Source: Octopus vulgaris (Eukaryota). Taken from it: 64,000 nucleotides of DNA. Position 1 is the stretch's first letter. Each line of letters starts with the position of its first letter. A program made the translations under genes and the position numbers. Below, piece after piece: positions 13,896-26,131 of the stretch. Under the pieces are notes generated by a model. That model worked only from the letters and a program-made list of their open reading frames with translations. It did not search any database and was not told the DNA's origin. Location of the stretch: positions 42,904,001 through 42,968,000 of the forward strand of contig OX597825.1 of the NCBI GenBank assembly GCA_951406725.2, given 5' to 3'.

Positions 13896-16114
13896 TGTAA
13901 CGAGGGCCCTTCCTTTCTGTGCCTTGGTGAAGGCACCAACACTCGCACGCGCGAAATAGAAAATGGACGGTGCGCGCGCGCGCACCGTTATAGGATCACT
14001 ACAAGGCTCCCCTCCAGTGCGTACGCACGAAGGAAACTTATTGTAGTGACTGCAAAACTCAAGGTGGACACCAGACAACCAAATAGCACACAATATAATA
14101 AAATGGCAAAACATAAAATGGCAAACATACACAAGAAATTTACTAAAGGAAAAAGAGAAAAAATACTCAATGAGCAAAAATCTAGAGTGCATGCATGAAA
14201 GTGTATACGTCACAAAGTATAAACCCTTCCGCTGAAAGGAGCGGAGGGAAAGCAAAACTCACAGTTAATGAACCTAGGCGAAATTAAATCCTAGCAGTTA
14301 AATCAATTGCTGCAGGAGAGGAAATGGAATTGACAGAAGCTCGCTAGTAACACAAAAGGCAAAAGTGCAAACATGCTGGTGTGATGCGCGACACAGATAA
14401 TTTTCTGTTAATTACGTGACCAACAGTGGTCTAACAGGGAAAAATAATTACGCCTAAACATGGCGCAGCGCATGTGAACATCCGACATTCTATGAGTCGG
14501 GAAAAGAATTAAGCTAGCGCAAACGTGTTGCAAAAAACAAGGCAATACACGTGCGAAGCAAGGCGCATGAAATGCAATAGTGCTTGCCAGACCGAAAAAA
14601 CAGCAATGAATATGCCAGTGGTTGAGCGATTATATGCCTCGTTCGTACAGGAACAAAGGTATGACATGCTGGCGCGTTATAATGGACAAACAACCCTCTC
14701 TATGTATACGTGACCGCTAGGGTCTATAGAAATGAGGTGTGTCCACAAAAGGCAAATTTAGCATGGAAAAACAAGCGAGAAAAGCATGTGTGACGTATGT
14801 ATGTGAGAGATAGCATTTATGTGTGTGTACGTGTGTGCGACAGAAATACATACAAGGTGAATGCATGCAAAATAAAAATACAGCGCATAGAAAAAAAATG
14901 TCTCTCAAGGCTATTCCAGACAATGGAGTTAGTTTACCAGTCTGTAATAGCCTGATACACAATAGCAGTTCGTTCTGTAACAGAATGTTGAAATCACAAA
15001 TGCAGATGCCGGTTGAACACAATGTGTAGCGGTTGTAGCTTCGATGCTGTGACAGGTTAACTGGGTACAGAAGAAATCTCGTAGCTAGGGCTGGGCTGTT
15101 AATTCTTGGCGCGCTAATGCACGAACAGCGGGAAAGCTAAAGTTCCGCGAGTTGCTATGTACATCTTGTGGAGGTCGACGGTGTTGAAAGGCGACGTTGG
15201 TGGTGGCGACTGTAGTGGACTCGAGACAACATCGTTCTTAGTGATGATGGCGACGAAGATAACGACGACGTGTAGTAGAAAGACGACGATGGCGATGACG
15301 AAGGTGGAGAAAAGGCATCGTTGATATGATGGCGTTCGTCATCATGGCTGTAGAATAAGAAAAGGGCTTCTTCTATAACGGTCCGAGAGGACGGAAACAA
15401 ATCGTCGAAAGATGAATGCGTAGAGTTAATCGTGTTCCGACTTAGCAGAAAAACTGGATTTCTTGTTGTTAAGTGATCTCTGGTTTTAGACCAGAATCAC
15501 GACGGGGTCACCAGTGTAACGAACTTAGTGAGTGAATATCTTCTCTTGTACTTTCGGGGTACAAGAAAGCAATCACTAGCCGTTGCTTTAATAATCCAGA
15601 ATTCTACCAGTCAGAAACAACAAGACGCAGACGTAAATAATATATATACTACTTTATTCTCTAATGTGGTAACAGTAACAATAAGTGGTTATCTGATGTC
15701 CTTGGTTCTGGGCGCGCAAGGCTGAAAGTTAATGGATTGTAATATTTACAATGTTCAGCCGCTAAAAACAGAACGGGTTAAAGATGGCGTCCGGAACAGG
15801 GAAGATGAATGTGGTCGGCAACAATTTGGTTAAAGGCCTTCGGCCGACTGCTATCAGAGCTGGACAGCGAGAAAAAATACGTCCGTCGCCTTCGGTCGCT
15901 GCTGTCCCAAGTCCCGCTGACTGCTGCTAGTGGTCAAACGTTCTACGTCCCCCTTGCCTCGCTAACTGTCACGTAGGCAAAAGGGTTCTTCAGGTGGTTC
16001 GCGCATGCGCGAGAGGGCCCTTCCTTTCTGTGCCTTGGTGAAGGCACCAACACTCGCACGCGCGAAATAGAAAATGGACGGTGCGTGCGCGCGCACCGTT
16101 ATAGGATCACTACA
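13896..16114 (-). mobile_element. Complete non-autonomous Gypsy-type LTR retroelement (2.2 kb) with 4-bp TSD AGCC
   Basis: 5' LTR 15515-16114 (TG...CA, 600 bp); PBS tggtgaccccgtc just inside it; PPT ggaggggagcc before the 3' LTR 13896-14003 (108 bp). agcc occurs at 13892-13895 and 16115-16118. No recognisable gag or pol. Confidence 0.9.
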
Positions 16115-17654
16115 AGCCGTATAGAGGCAGTAGCGTTGGCATTAGAGAATATTTTTTTAGTGACTATCACTTTTTTATATATTATTTATCATTTCTTATT
16201 TATTTATATGTTGTAATTCTGTATTATCGCTTTCTATATCTTTTATATATGTGTTGGTTTGTATAGTTTGAGTTTTCGTTTGAGGATATTTTAAAAGTGA
16301 AAGGACTTAGTCTATTCATTTCGACTGTTTTCCATACCTTTTTAATCTATATGGTTATATATTTGCATTACAGAATACTTCTTAGTTGTTTTCAATTTGT
16401 TTCATTTATTATTCATTTATATGCTGTAATTGTGAATCATTACTTTCTATAATTTTTATTTGTGTATTGCGTATTGTTTGAGTTTTGGTTAGAGGATATT
16501 ATAAAAGTGAAAGGATTTTGTCTATTTATTTCGGCTGTCCACCTGCGATAGTGATTAAAAAATTGACTAGCAACACTGTATGCGATGAATATCCAACACA
16601 ACTATCTTAATCTCCGGCAAGCTTATCTTTACCTATACTAAGTTACTTGAAAAGTGATGTTCCATTTCCTCTCTTGTATTTGTTAAAACCTTTGTTTACC
16701 TACAAATACGTTGTTTCACTTTAACGTTGCTTATTTATCCATCCATTATGATATATTGATTGTTGTCCATTGTTTCAAATACGGTTTAGCATTGCCGTTC
16801 TAGCGTTTTTAAACAATCACATATGATTCGTCCCAAAGAATCAAAATTTAAATAAGTGTTTTGCTTCTACTATACGTAACTTTCAGAAAGATATACGTAC
16901 CTTTCAGAAAGCTCCATGCCATTTGCTGTTAGTTTATGCGCAGGCTATGTGTGAAAACAGAATAAGGGGACATTTGTTAGCTTATAATAAAATCGATAAT
17001 CACTTGGTATACTAAAACCTATTTTCCTTTTCCAGTTAATACAAGCAAGCTACACAGAAAGAGAGCATACATTGGAGAAAGTCTTCTGCAGCGGTAAGGC
17101 AGTAGTGTTATCAGGCTAAAGAAACTGAGGATATAGGCCTTGTAGACTGTTGAAAAATGCTACCACTGCTAGAGCTGCAACAATTTTCCAGAGCAGCGTG
17201 AAACCTATCGAGTTCGTGCTGCTGAAACAAGGGCCGCAGACACCCCACAAATGCCCACTCTCGGGCACGCAACGCTGCATCCACTTCTGCCACGTGGGCT
17301 GAAAAAAACCTCAGAAGAGAGTGCTATCCGTCGGGCACGCAATGCTGTATCCACTTCTGCTGCGAGGTTGGCAGATGACGCTAACCATCGGATGATGAGT
17401 CTAATGTTCACCGGAAGGCTCTTGCCCATGGCTATTGGAAGCCATCGAGTAGTTAATGGGCATCAAAGGCTCTCAACTATGATCCTACCGAGGATTACGC
17501 GACTTATCGAGAGACTTTACGGGAGAATATGTCTGTAATATGTCCATTTTGCAAGGCCCTGAAGTGAGTTCGAGAATCTTGTCGCCTATTTAAAAATAGT
17601 GTTAATCTCAGTGAGATTCACTACGTTCTATATCTATCATGAAGGATTGAAAAT

Positions 17655-18594
17655 CATCAACCACACAAGAGGTAGATGTTGAAACTTCCCATCTGCAAGT
17701 TTATTTTATTCAACAGCAAAGGGAGCTATTTTTCGGAGTGAAGTATGATTGGCACATTCAAAAATGGCAATGCAATACCTACTTGAAGTAGTAGAGTTAA
17801 AGGTTCGCTTGCTTGACCTGCAAAATATTCCTCAGCCTTTGCTGTCTTTACTTCTTGGTCAACATCCTGATTCACAGCAATTTATACAGAACATTCGCGC
17901 TTATAACTCTGCCTTTCACATGACAAGCTACCTCCTACATAGCTACCTCCTTCACCAATGCATCAACCTGTTTGTTCATGTCAAATCTTTAGAAGCTGTT
18001 TTGATACACCGACGTGGGACGGCGCGGGATGGCGAGGGAAATCCACAAGAGTTTACATCCTCGTGGTGTGGACTACAAGGCAATCATTCTCCAATTTTCA
18101 TTGTGCATTACCGGCGGACATGATGATCTTCAATCCTTCATGATAGTTCATTAATGATTGTCGTTATATGTAGAGGGACAACTCTAAGTAAACTCTCTGC
18201 TCACAATAAAGCTCAGGCTAGTTATTTGGAGTACGTATATACGTGTATCCTGCTCAGTTTTACCGTCATCACAACTTTACACTTATCTGTCTGCCTTTCA
18301 ACGCGACATCTTTTCTCTGCGAACTGCCTGCTAAAGATTCAAAGTAGTATTCGTGAACTGAAGTCCAACTATTCACGTCTTCATTTTTCATTACCTGAAG
18401 TCAATTTCAGAGTGGTCGTACACTGTAAGCACGTAGCAAATACATTCCTTTAACTCTACATCTTCAAGTAGGTATTGCATTGCCACTTTTGAATGTACCA
18501 ATCATACTTCACTCCAAAAAATTGCTCCCTTTGCTGTTGAATAAAATAAACTTGCAGAGGGGACGTTTCAACGTCTACCTCTTGTGTGGCTGAT
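17655..18594. repeat. About 150-bp inverted repeat pair (17655-17803 and 18447-18594)
   Basis: ccacacaagaggtagatgttgaaac...gtagagttaaagg pairs with cctttaactctac...tctacctcttgtgtgg. Confidence 0.85.
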
Positions 18595-20364
18595 TCCGAT
18601 AAGAAAATTCTCTTTTGTAATCATTATACCCTGCCGTAGCTCTACTTTGCCTCACTTTGCAAACTTATATATTCTATGGTTATTAAAGTGCAACTACCTC
18701 CACAATAACCAGCCTTCAATTTGATTTTCTCTTCCTAGGTTAATCGGAAACATAGATTGCCGTGCTATGCGTAATCCTTCTCGGTAGTTCAATTATTAGG
18801 CGAAAAAGTATCACCAAAGCAACTTAAGCCCTCTAAGTACGTTTGCTAGTATATATATATATATATAGTTTACATTTAAAAACATAAGAGATGGCCATAA
18901 CAGGACATCTGACTCGCTAGAAAGAGTAGTTAAACTATAAACCACTATTAGGAGTAATTTCGAAAGGGAATGAAAAATAAAAACATTTACCCATTATTTC
19001 CTGTACCATGCATGGTTTCAAGAAATAGCCTGAAATGCATTAAGAATATATATATAACACTATAGGAGTGTTTATAGTTCTTCGTTACTCGTGTTTCAGT
19101 GAAAAATATATCGCTGAACAGCGTAAAGTTTGTCTTACGCAATTTGTACATCATCACATTATGAGAGGCAATATTGGAACCGAACGTTTCATGGCTTGCT
19201 CGTATATGATATTGATAACTAAACATGAATAACTCGAATAACTTTCATGTAACAAGACCTCTGCAATGATAGAAAATCATCAGTTTTAGTATATGGAAAT
19301 TTTATTCACACAAGGAATTTAACCGTAGACATGTTAATAGTAGGACATAGTGTAAATGTATATGGGGAAACTGATATACGATATGTATAGACATAGAACG
19401 TAGAGAAACTCACTGAGACTAACACTATTTTTAAATGAATTCAGGCACATGTAAGGTTACCTCAGGAAAAAAAGGAGTACTTTTATATTGATGCTAGCCC
19501 ACGTTTTGTCAAACAAAGGGTAACTAACAATTTAAGTTCTTTAAATATAGACACAAAATAAAAATCACTAGCCTCAGTAAGCTAATTTGGTCACTTAAAG
19601 ATAGTAACAAAATATGTTTAATTGGCTGGGATATTAGCAGTGAAGTTATTATTATTAAACCTTATAGAATAGGTGAAAGAATAGTTATATTAGTTGATAA
19701 GAGATGCAACTTTTGCGTAGAAGAAATGTATCAAATTTTCACTTCAAAATTTACTCTAATAAACACAAAACGGAAACGAGCACTGGGGTGTCTTCACACA
19801 AGAAGATATATATTTAAACAATTCAAATGAACACATCACACTATGTATAATAATTATTATTATAATTATTGAGCCAAGATCCCCGCTTACCTAATAAATC
19901 AAACCTAATAATATATCTCTTCATTAATAATGTACTCTACGCAACACGTGGAACAATACACTATTAATAAGAAATCTACATAACCATAACCTATTTTTAA
20001 GACCATGTTTTGCTTCACTTACAACGATAGTAGAGGGGAACCTTACGTCAACATTCCTACCAGTGTTAATAGTAACACCACTACCTCCTGCTGAACACCA
20101 ATAAGCAAAAACTTGATTAAATCGGTTTATATATTCATTCGGTGTACTTCAAACGGTCTAGAGTTAAGGACCCTAACTCTAACCCAAACCGTCCATGATG
20201 CAAGGTTGCATATCCAACAATGTGCAGCCGCTACAGTTGAAGCATGTGTAGGTCCGGACAGTATGCTGTAAATAAAATTTATGAATGTGAAAATCTCCAT
20301 TCTCCTTATCCATAGAAATGTTATTAATTACACTAAGAAATATAGGCAGTCTTAAACAAAACAC

Positions 20365-22665
20365 ATGGAATTACCCAAGAGAGTAATCAGAAGGGGAGCA
20401 ATCAGAAAGGATCTGTCTTTCATCGACTGGTCTTTTACTCTCAATTCCACCCAAATTGAGACCGCATGGCAGCACTTTGAGAACATTGTCACCTATACAT
20501 GTTCTAAACACGCTTCTACAAAATCCACTAAGACAAACAGAAACCGGCTCCCTAAAAAGAAAAAAACCCTCATCAGGCGCATCAAAAGACTCAATAAAAA
20601 AATCAACCAATTAAAATATTCCCACATGCAACATCCACATTCAACAACAATGAAAAGACTGGAGTTGGAAAAACTTCATCTGCAGACCGACATAAAAACC
20701 TCCATTGAAAATCAAAGAGCTGCGGAGGAACAGTGGGTAATCAAAAATATCAAACAGAACCCAAAAGTGTTCTATTCGTATGCAAGTAAGCATAGAACCA
20801 CTGTCTCACCCATTGGGCCATTGATTAATGATAACGCCATTCCCAAACACGATGCTAAAGAAATGGCAGAAATACTGCAGAAACAATGCTGCTCTGTCTT
20901 TAGTGTTCCCACTGATATTTACGTAAGAGAAGCGAACGAAGTTGATGCCCAACATAAAATCTCAGACATAGCCTTCACTGCCTCTGACATCATTGCAGTA
21001 ATAAATAAGGTCAAATACTACTCTGCTGTAGGCCCTGATAGATTCCCCGCTAGTCTCCTGAAGGAATGTAGACACCAACTTGCAGTCCCTCTGACCAACC
21101 TCTGGAGAAATTCATTAGACTCAGGTTATATACTGAAACAGCTTCTATCACAGTCTGTCATCCCAGTTTTCAAACAGGGAATCAGATCCCTTGCAGTCAA
21201 CTATCGCCCAATCTCACTCACCTCCCACATCATTAAAGTGTTTGAAAGAGTGTTAAGATCAAGGATAGCTGACTTCCTGAAGACCCACAAACTCCTAAAT
21301 GCAAATCAGCATGGCTTTCGCTGTGGCAGGGACTGTCTAACACAGCTCTTACACCACATTGAAGATATACTTAAAGCCTTGGGAACAGGTTCGAACTCTG
21401 ATGTCATATATCTTGACTTCAGTAAAGCATTCGACAGGGTTGACCATAATATCCTACTCTCAAAATTGGCAAATGTTGGAATCCGTGGAAAACTTCTTCT
21501 ACACTGGATTAAGTATTTCCTGGCGAATAGAACACAACATGTTGTAGTTGATGGAGTCCACTGAAGCCCAGCAAAAGTCACCAGCGGTGTCCCCCAGGGG
21601 GCTGTCTTGGGCCCGCTACTCTTCATAATTTATATAAACGACCTTTCCAGTGTCATACATTACTGCAAAGTGGAAATATTTGCTGATGACACTAAGCTCC
21701 AGCAAATCATCAATGAAGAAGCAGACCAAACTCAACTCCAGTCTGATCTATATGCTGTGAGTCAATGGGCAGAGAGAAACAAAATGTAACTGAACGAGGG
21801 AAAATGTAACTGAACGAGCTGATGCATTTTAGAAGAAAGTCCACACTAAAACAGCCATAATCTCTTCCTTCAGGGGAACCGCTCACAGCCTCTAACAATA
21901 TCAGAGACCTGGGCGTAATTGTTGATGACAATCTCAGTTGGAGTGCCCACATCAACAATAAAGTCGATATAGCTCGTAGGATGAGTTCCTGGATCTTAAG
22001 AACCTTCCGGTCCAGAGAACAAGGTGTCATCATACCACTTTTCTCCTCCTTTGTACGCCCACACCTCGAATACTGCTGCCCACTGTGGTCTCCCCATACA
22101 AGACAAAACATCTCGAAGATTGAATCACCCCAGAGGGCACTCACTACACGAATTGAAGGCATGGCTACTCTCAATTATTGAGACCGCCTTAAAGCCTTGA
22201 AACTCTACTCTCTCCAGCGCCGCCGTGAGCGGTGCATCATTTGCACGATGTGGAGAATATACCGCTAACTTTGCCCAAATGACCTGAACATTAGCTTCAA
22301 GGTTCCTCCAAGACTGGGACCACGGGCCATACGTCCCCTGCCCAATTCAAGATCACAGCATACATGTACACGGCAACATAATTTCTTTTCCTCAACAAGC
22401 CCTGCCCTATTTAACATTGTCCCGAAAGAGATGAAAGAGGAAAAGAATCCCATCAACTTTAAACGGAATGTGGATAGATTACTTCAAGGAATACCAGATA
22501 AGCCACCCATAATTGGATACAACTCACCCAACAAAAACTCACTACTTGAATGGACCACAAACAAAACTTGACTTAAACAGGATTTAGATAATCATATCAG
22601 ATGGTGCTATTAAGTTAGATATGACCTGGACCAATCTTTGGTCGAAACATATCTAAGTTTATCTA
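20365..22665 (+). mobile_element. 5'-truncated CR1-like LINE, RT region, pseudogenised
   Basis: ORF 20365-21564 has NYRPISLTS, QHGFR and YLDFSKAFDRVDH. After a stop it continues [20 protein letters not shown]...FADD and VRPHLEYCCPLWSP. A 20-bp tandem duplication lies at 21781-21818. Confidence 0.92.
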
Positions 22666-22722
22666 AATTATTTTTTTTTCAATAATTTTTAAAATTTTAG
22701 TAATTTCTAAAATTTTAAAAAT

Positions 22723-22792
<70 letters not shown>

Positions 22793-22955
22793 GTATGTGC
22801 GTGTGTATATATATAAATATATATATATATATATTTTTTATTTTATTTTATCTTAACTAGTTTCAGCTCATGAGCTGTGGCCATGCTGGGGCACCGCATA
22901 TATATATATATATGGTCACATGCTGGGGCACCGCATATACATATATATATGGTCA

Positions 22956-24582
22956 TATACCGCAAGACATGAGAGACGCTAAAATCGTCATGCTGTACAA
23001 AAACAAAGGTGATCGCAGCGACTGCAACAACTACAGAAGTATCTCTCCACTCAGTGTAGTCAGTAAAGCCTTCGCACGAGTCACACTAGCGCGCCCACAT
23101 ACCTTGGCAATCCGTGTTTACCCGGAGTCACAGTGTGGTTTCAGAGCAAGACGATCCCCAGTGGACATGATATTCTCACTACGACAACTGCAAGAGAAGT
23201 GCCTAGAACAGCAGATGCCTCTCTATATAACTTTCATTGACCTCACAAAGGCATTCGATCTCGTCAGCAGGAATGAACTCTTTACACTTCTACAGAAAAT
23301 AGGATACCCACCGCACCTGCTCAAATTAATAACCTCATTTCACGACAACATGCACAGCACTGTCTGTTACAACGGCGCAACATCGGAAGCCTTCCCAGTC
23401 AGCAGCGGAGTGAAACAAGGTTGTGTTCTAGCACCAACACTCTTCAGAATATTCTTCTCGCTCCTCCTACTGTTTGCTTTTAAGACCAGCAAGGAGGGAG
23501 TCTACATCCACACCAGGTGCGACGGCAAGCTTTTCAACATCGCCCGTCTACGAGCCAAAACCAAAGTTGCTAAGGTACTCATTCGGGAGATGCTCTTCGC
23601 AGATTACGCAGCACTGACGTCACATACAAAAGTTGGGCTCCAAGAACTTGTAAGCTGTATGTCCCACGCCTGCAAAGAATTTGGTCTAAATATCAGCCTG
23701 AAGAAGACAGACTTCATGGGGCAGGATGCAGAGCATAACCCATCAATCTGCATAGATGGCTACAACCTAGCAGTGGTCAACAACGTCACTTATCTCGGGT
23801 CCACTATATCCAACTCTGTGTCCATCAACACAGAGGTTACGAGCAGAATCGGCAAGGCAACAGCGGTAATGGCCAAGCTTAACAAACGTTTATGGAACAA
23901 CACCAGTCTCACTCAGAATACTAAACTGAGAGTTTACTGAGCATGCGTACTGAGCATACTGCTGCACGGAAGCGAGACATGGACCACCTACGCCCGACAC
24001 GAGAAACAACTCAATAGCTTCCACCTAAGTTGCCTGCAGCGCATTCTCCATACCAAATGGCAGCACAGGATCACTAGCACAGAGGTTTTGGACCGTGCCA
24101 ACATGTACAGCATGCAAACATCACTCTGTGAGAGGCGTCGTCGGTGGCTAGATCATGTCAGCCGAATGGATGCAGGATGGATTCCAAAGGACCTACTGTA
24201 CGGGCAGCTAGCTGAAGGCTCCAGAACAATGGGACGTCCCAAACTGAGCTTCAAGGATATCTGCAAGAAGGACCTAAAGCTATGCCAGATCAACACCCAA
24301 ACATCGGAACCCGCTGCTGCCGACTGGAGCGCCTGGCAACACAGTTTCAAGCACGGTGCCATGACAACAGAGACTCTGAGGACCACTACTGCCAAACTAA
24401 AGAGAATCAGGCGAAATGAGCAGCAGCAGCAACCACAGCTCTCACCCCCTTTCACTTGCACCAGATGTGGTAGAGACTGCCACTCGATGATTGGTCTGCA
24501 CAACCACACCAGGAAGTGCAGTTAAACCCACCACTTTTTCCGAGCTACACCATCGTCTCTCTAGACGGACGGATGCCGACGA
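22956..24582 (+). mobile_element. 5'-truncated RTE-clade LINE (RT, C-terminal C2H2 finger)
   Basis: IPQDMRDAKIVMLYKNKGDRSDCNNYR, PESQCGFR, FIDLTKAFD, GVKQGCVLAPTLF, LFADY, and terminal CTRCGRDCHSMIGLHNHTRKC. Short 3' UTR runs into (TA)n. Confidence 0.92.
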
Positions 24583-25313
24583 TATATATATGCATATGTG
24601 AGCACAGGACGTCACAAAACTTATCCAACAAAAAATACGAAATACGAGTACATGGAATATGAACTATTTTGTTGAACATCGAAAGACAGAAATGAAAAAC
24701 AAGAGAAACAGTATAAAGAACGACCCTTCATAAGTTCTTGACCATTTTTCTACTTTTGTATTTCGAGCTATATATGCTTTCGATAAAACAGTTACTCCCG
24801 CAAAGCAAATTGAATAATATTTGGGATTTTGCGGAGGGTCAAAATTGGTGCACACACACAGAGTATTTAATTAAAATAGCTATCTATAAATCATAATTAA
24901 CTTATATATATATATTTTTTTCTTTCACCATAGAAATAGACTGACCCTTTATTCTAGTGTCAATCTGTTTTTGTCCTTTTACATCCCCTAAATTTTTCCC
25001 CTTCCTTTCTTTTCTCTAGCTAACCTGCTTCCTTAACCTACCCCTACTACCATTCCAATAACTAAACAAATTTTTCTTGCAACAGTTAGCTGTGAACGTA
25101 ATCTTGGTCTGCTTGGCATCCTACTTCAAGTTCCTGAATTTCATATCTACAGCTTTATCGGTATATTTACCTTCTCTAGGATGTTACTAATTGATTTGAG
25201 AACTTTACATTATTGGAAAACCTATATGAAATTAGCTGAATATTACTTGATATATTATATCTTCTGTAATATTTGCAGCTTTAATAAATTGTTATAGTAT
25301 GAAACAATTGTAC

Positions 25314-25349
25314 TAAATTACCAGATCCATTCTTGTTGCTTATTTTTGG

Positions 25350-25383
<34 letters not shown>

Positions 25384-25419
25384 CCAAAAATAAGCAACAA
25401 GAATGGATCTTGTAATTTA
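25314..25419. repeat. Near-perfect palindrome centred on (TA)n
   Basis: taaattaccagatccattcttgttgcttatttttggt-(TA)n-accaaaaataagcaacaagaatggatcttgtaattta; one mismatch. Confidence 0.9.
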
Positions 25420-25647
25420 TATATATATAAAGAATGGATCTGGAAATTTATATTTATATATATAATCGATAACAAAGCCAAGTTATGCAGTAAGTAGTCA
25501 ATCAAGAGCGAGTAAGCATAATAGATGGCTATATCTATCTTTGTATATCTTTATCTGCCTGCATCTTTGTATATACCTTGTATGTATATTCATATACGTG
25601 TAAATATCAGTTTGTTTGAAACATACCATGTTTGAATCTGTTTATTG

Positions 25648-25722
<75 letters not shown>

Positions 25723-26100
25723 GTTAGTTATTCGATGTCAGTTGATCTGTCTCTATGCTAATCTGTAAATAACTTTATAAGAAACTAAGGTGCTCAGTTG
25801 GCTGAATCGTTAGCATTTCGCTCGTCGTTACGCTCTGATATCAAATTCCACCGAGGTCGACTTGGCCTTTCACCTCTTCGATTCCCTGAACTTACTGGCG
25901 TTGCGCTAAACTGTGAAATCAATTTCACAACAAACCGCTCATACTTGTGCTGTTATGCATATTCTGTGATTCTGTTTAATTGTGGTAAGCAGGTACGAAG
26001 ACTTTGTCTAAATAATAAGAAATCTATTCACGACATTCTCTCCAAACTATAAAGAACACGTAACATTCTAAATACCTACGTACATACATACATACATACA

Positions 26101-26131
<31 letters not shown>

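Larger units (their letters stand above)
13455..18849 (+). mobile_element. Decayed Helitron with Rep N-terminal remnants, interrupted by an LTR element
   Basis: Helitron-type 5' leader follows (TA)n at about 13455. Coding remnants: Arg/Ala-rich repeats TSEESAIRRARNAVSTSAAR (about 17200-17370), zinc-finger remnant NMSVICPFCKALK* (about 17525) and PQPLLSLLLGQHPDSQQFIQNIRAYNSAFHMTS (17830-17930). 3' end CTAG|T at 18846-18850. Related gtgaaaggat repeats lie on both sides of the LTR insertion (13592, 16297, 16507). Confidence 0.75.

Noticed and set aside
20171-20190. ccctaactctaacccaaacc telomere-like repeat
   Set aside because: Only about 3 degenerate units.
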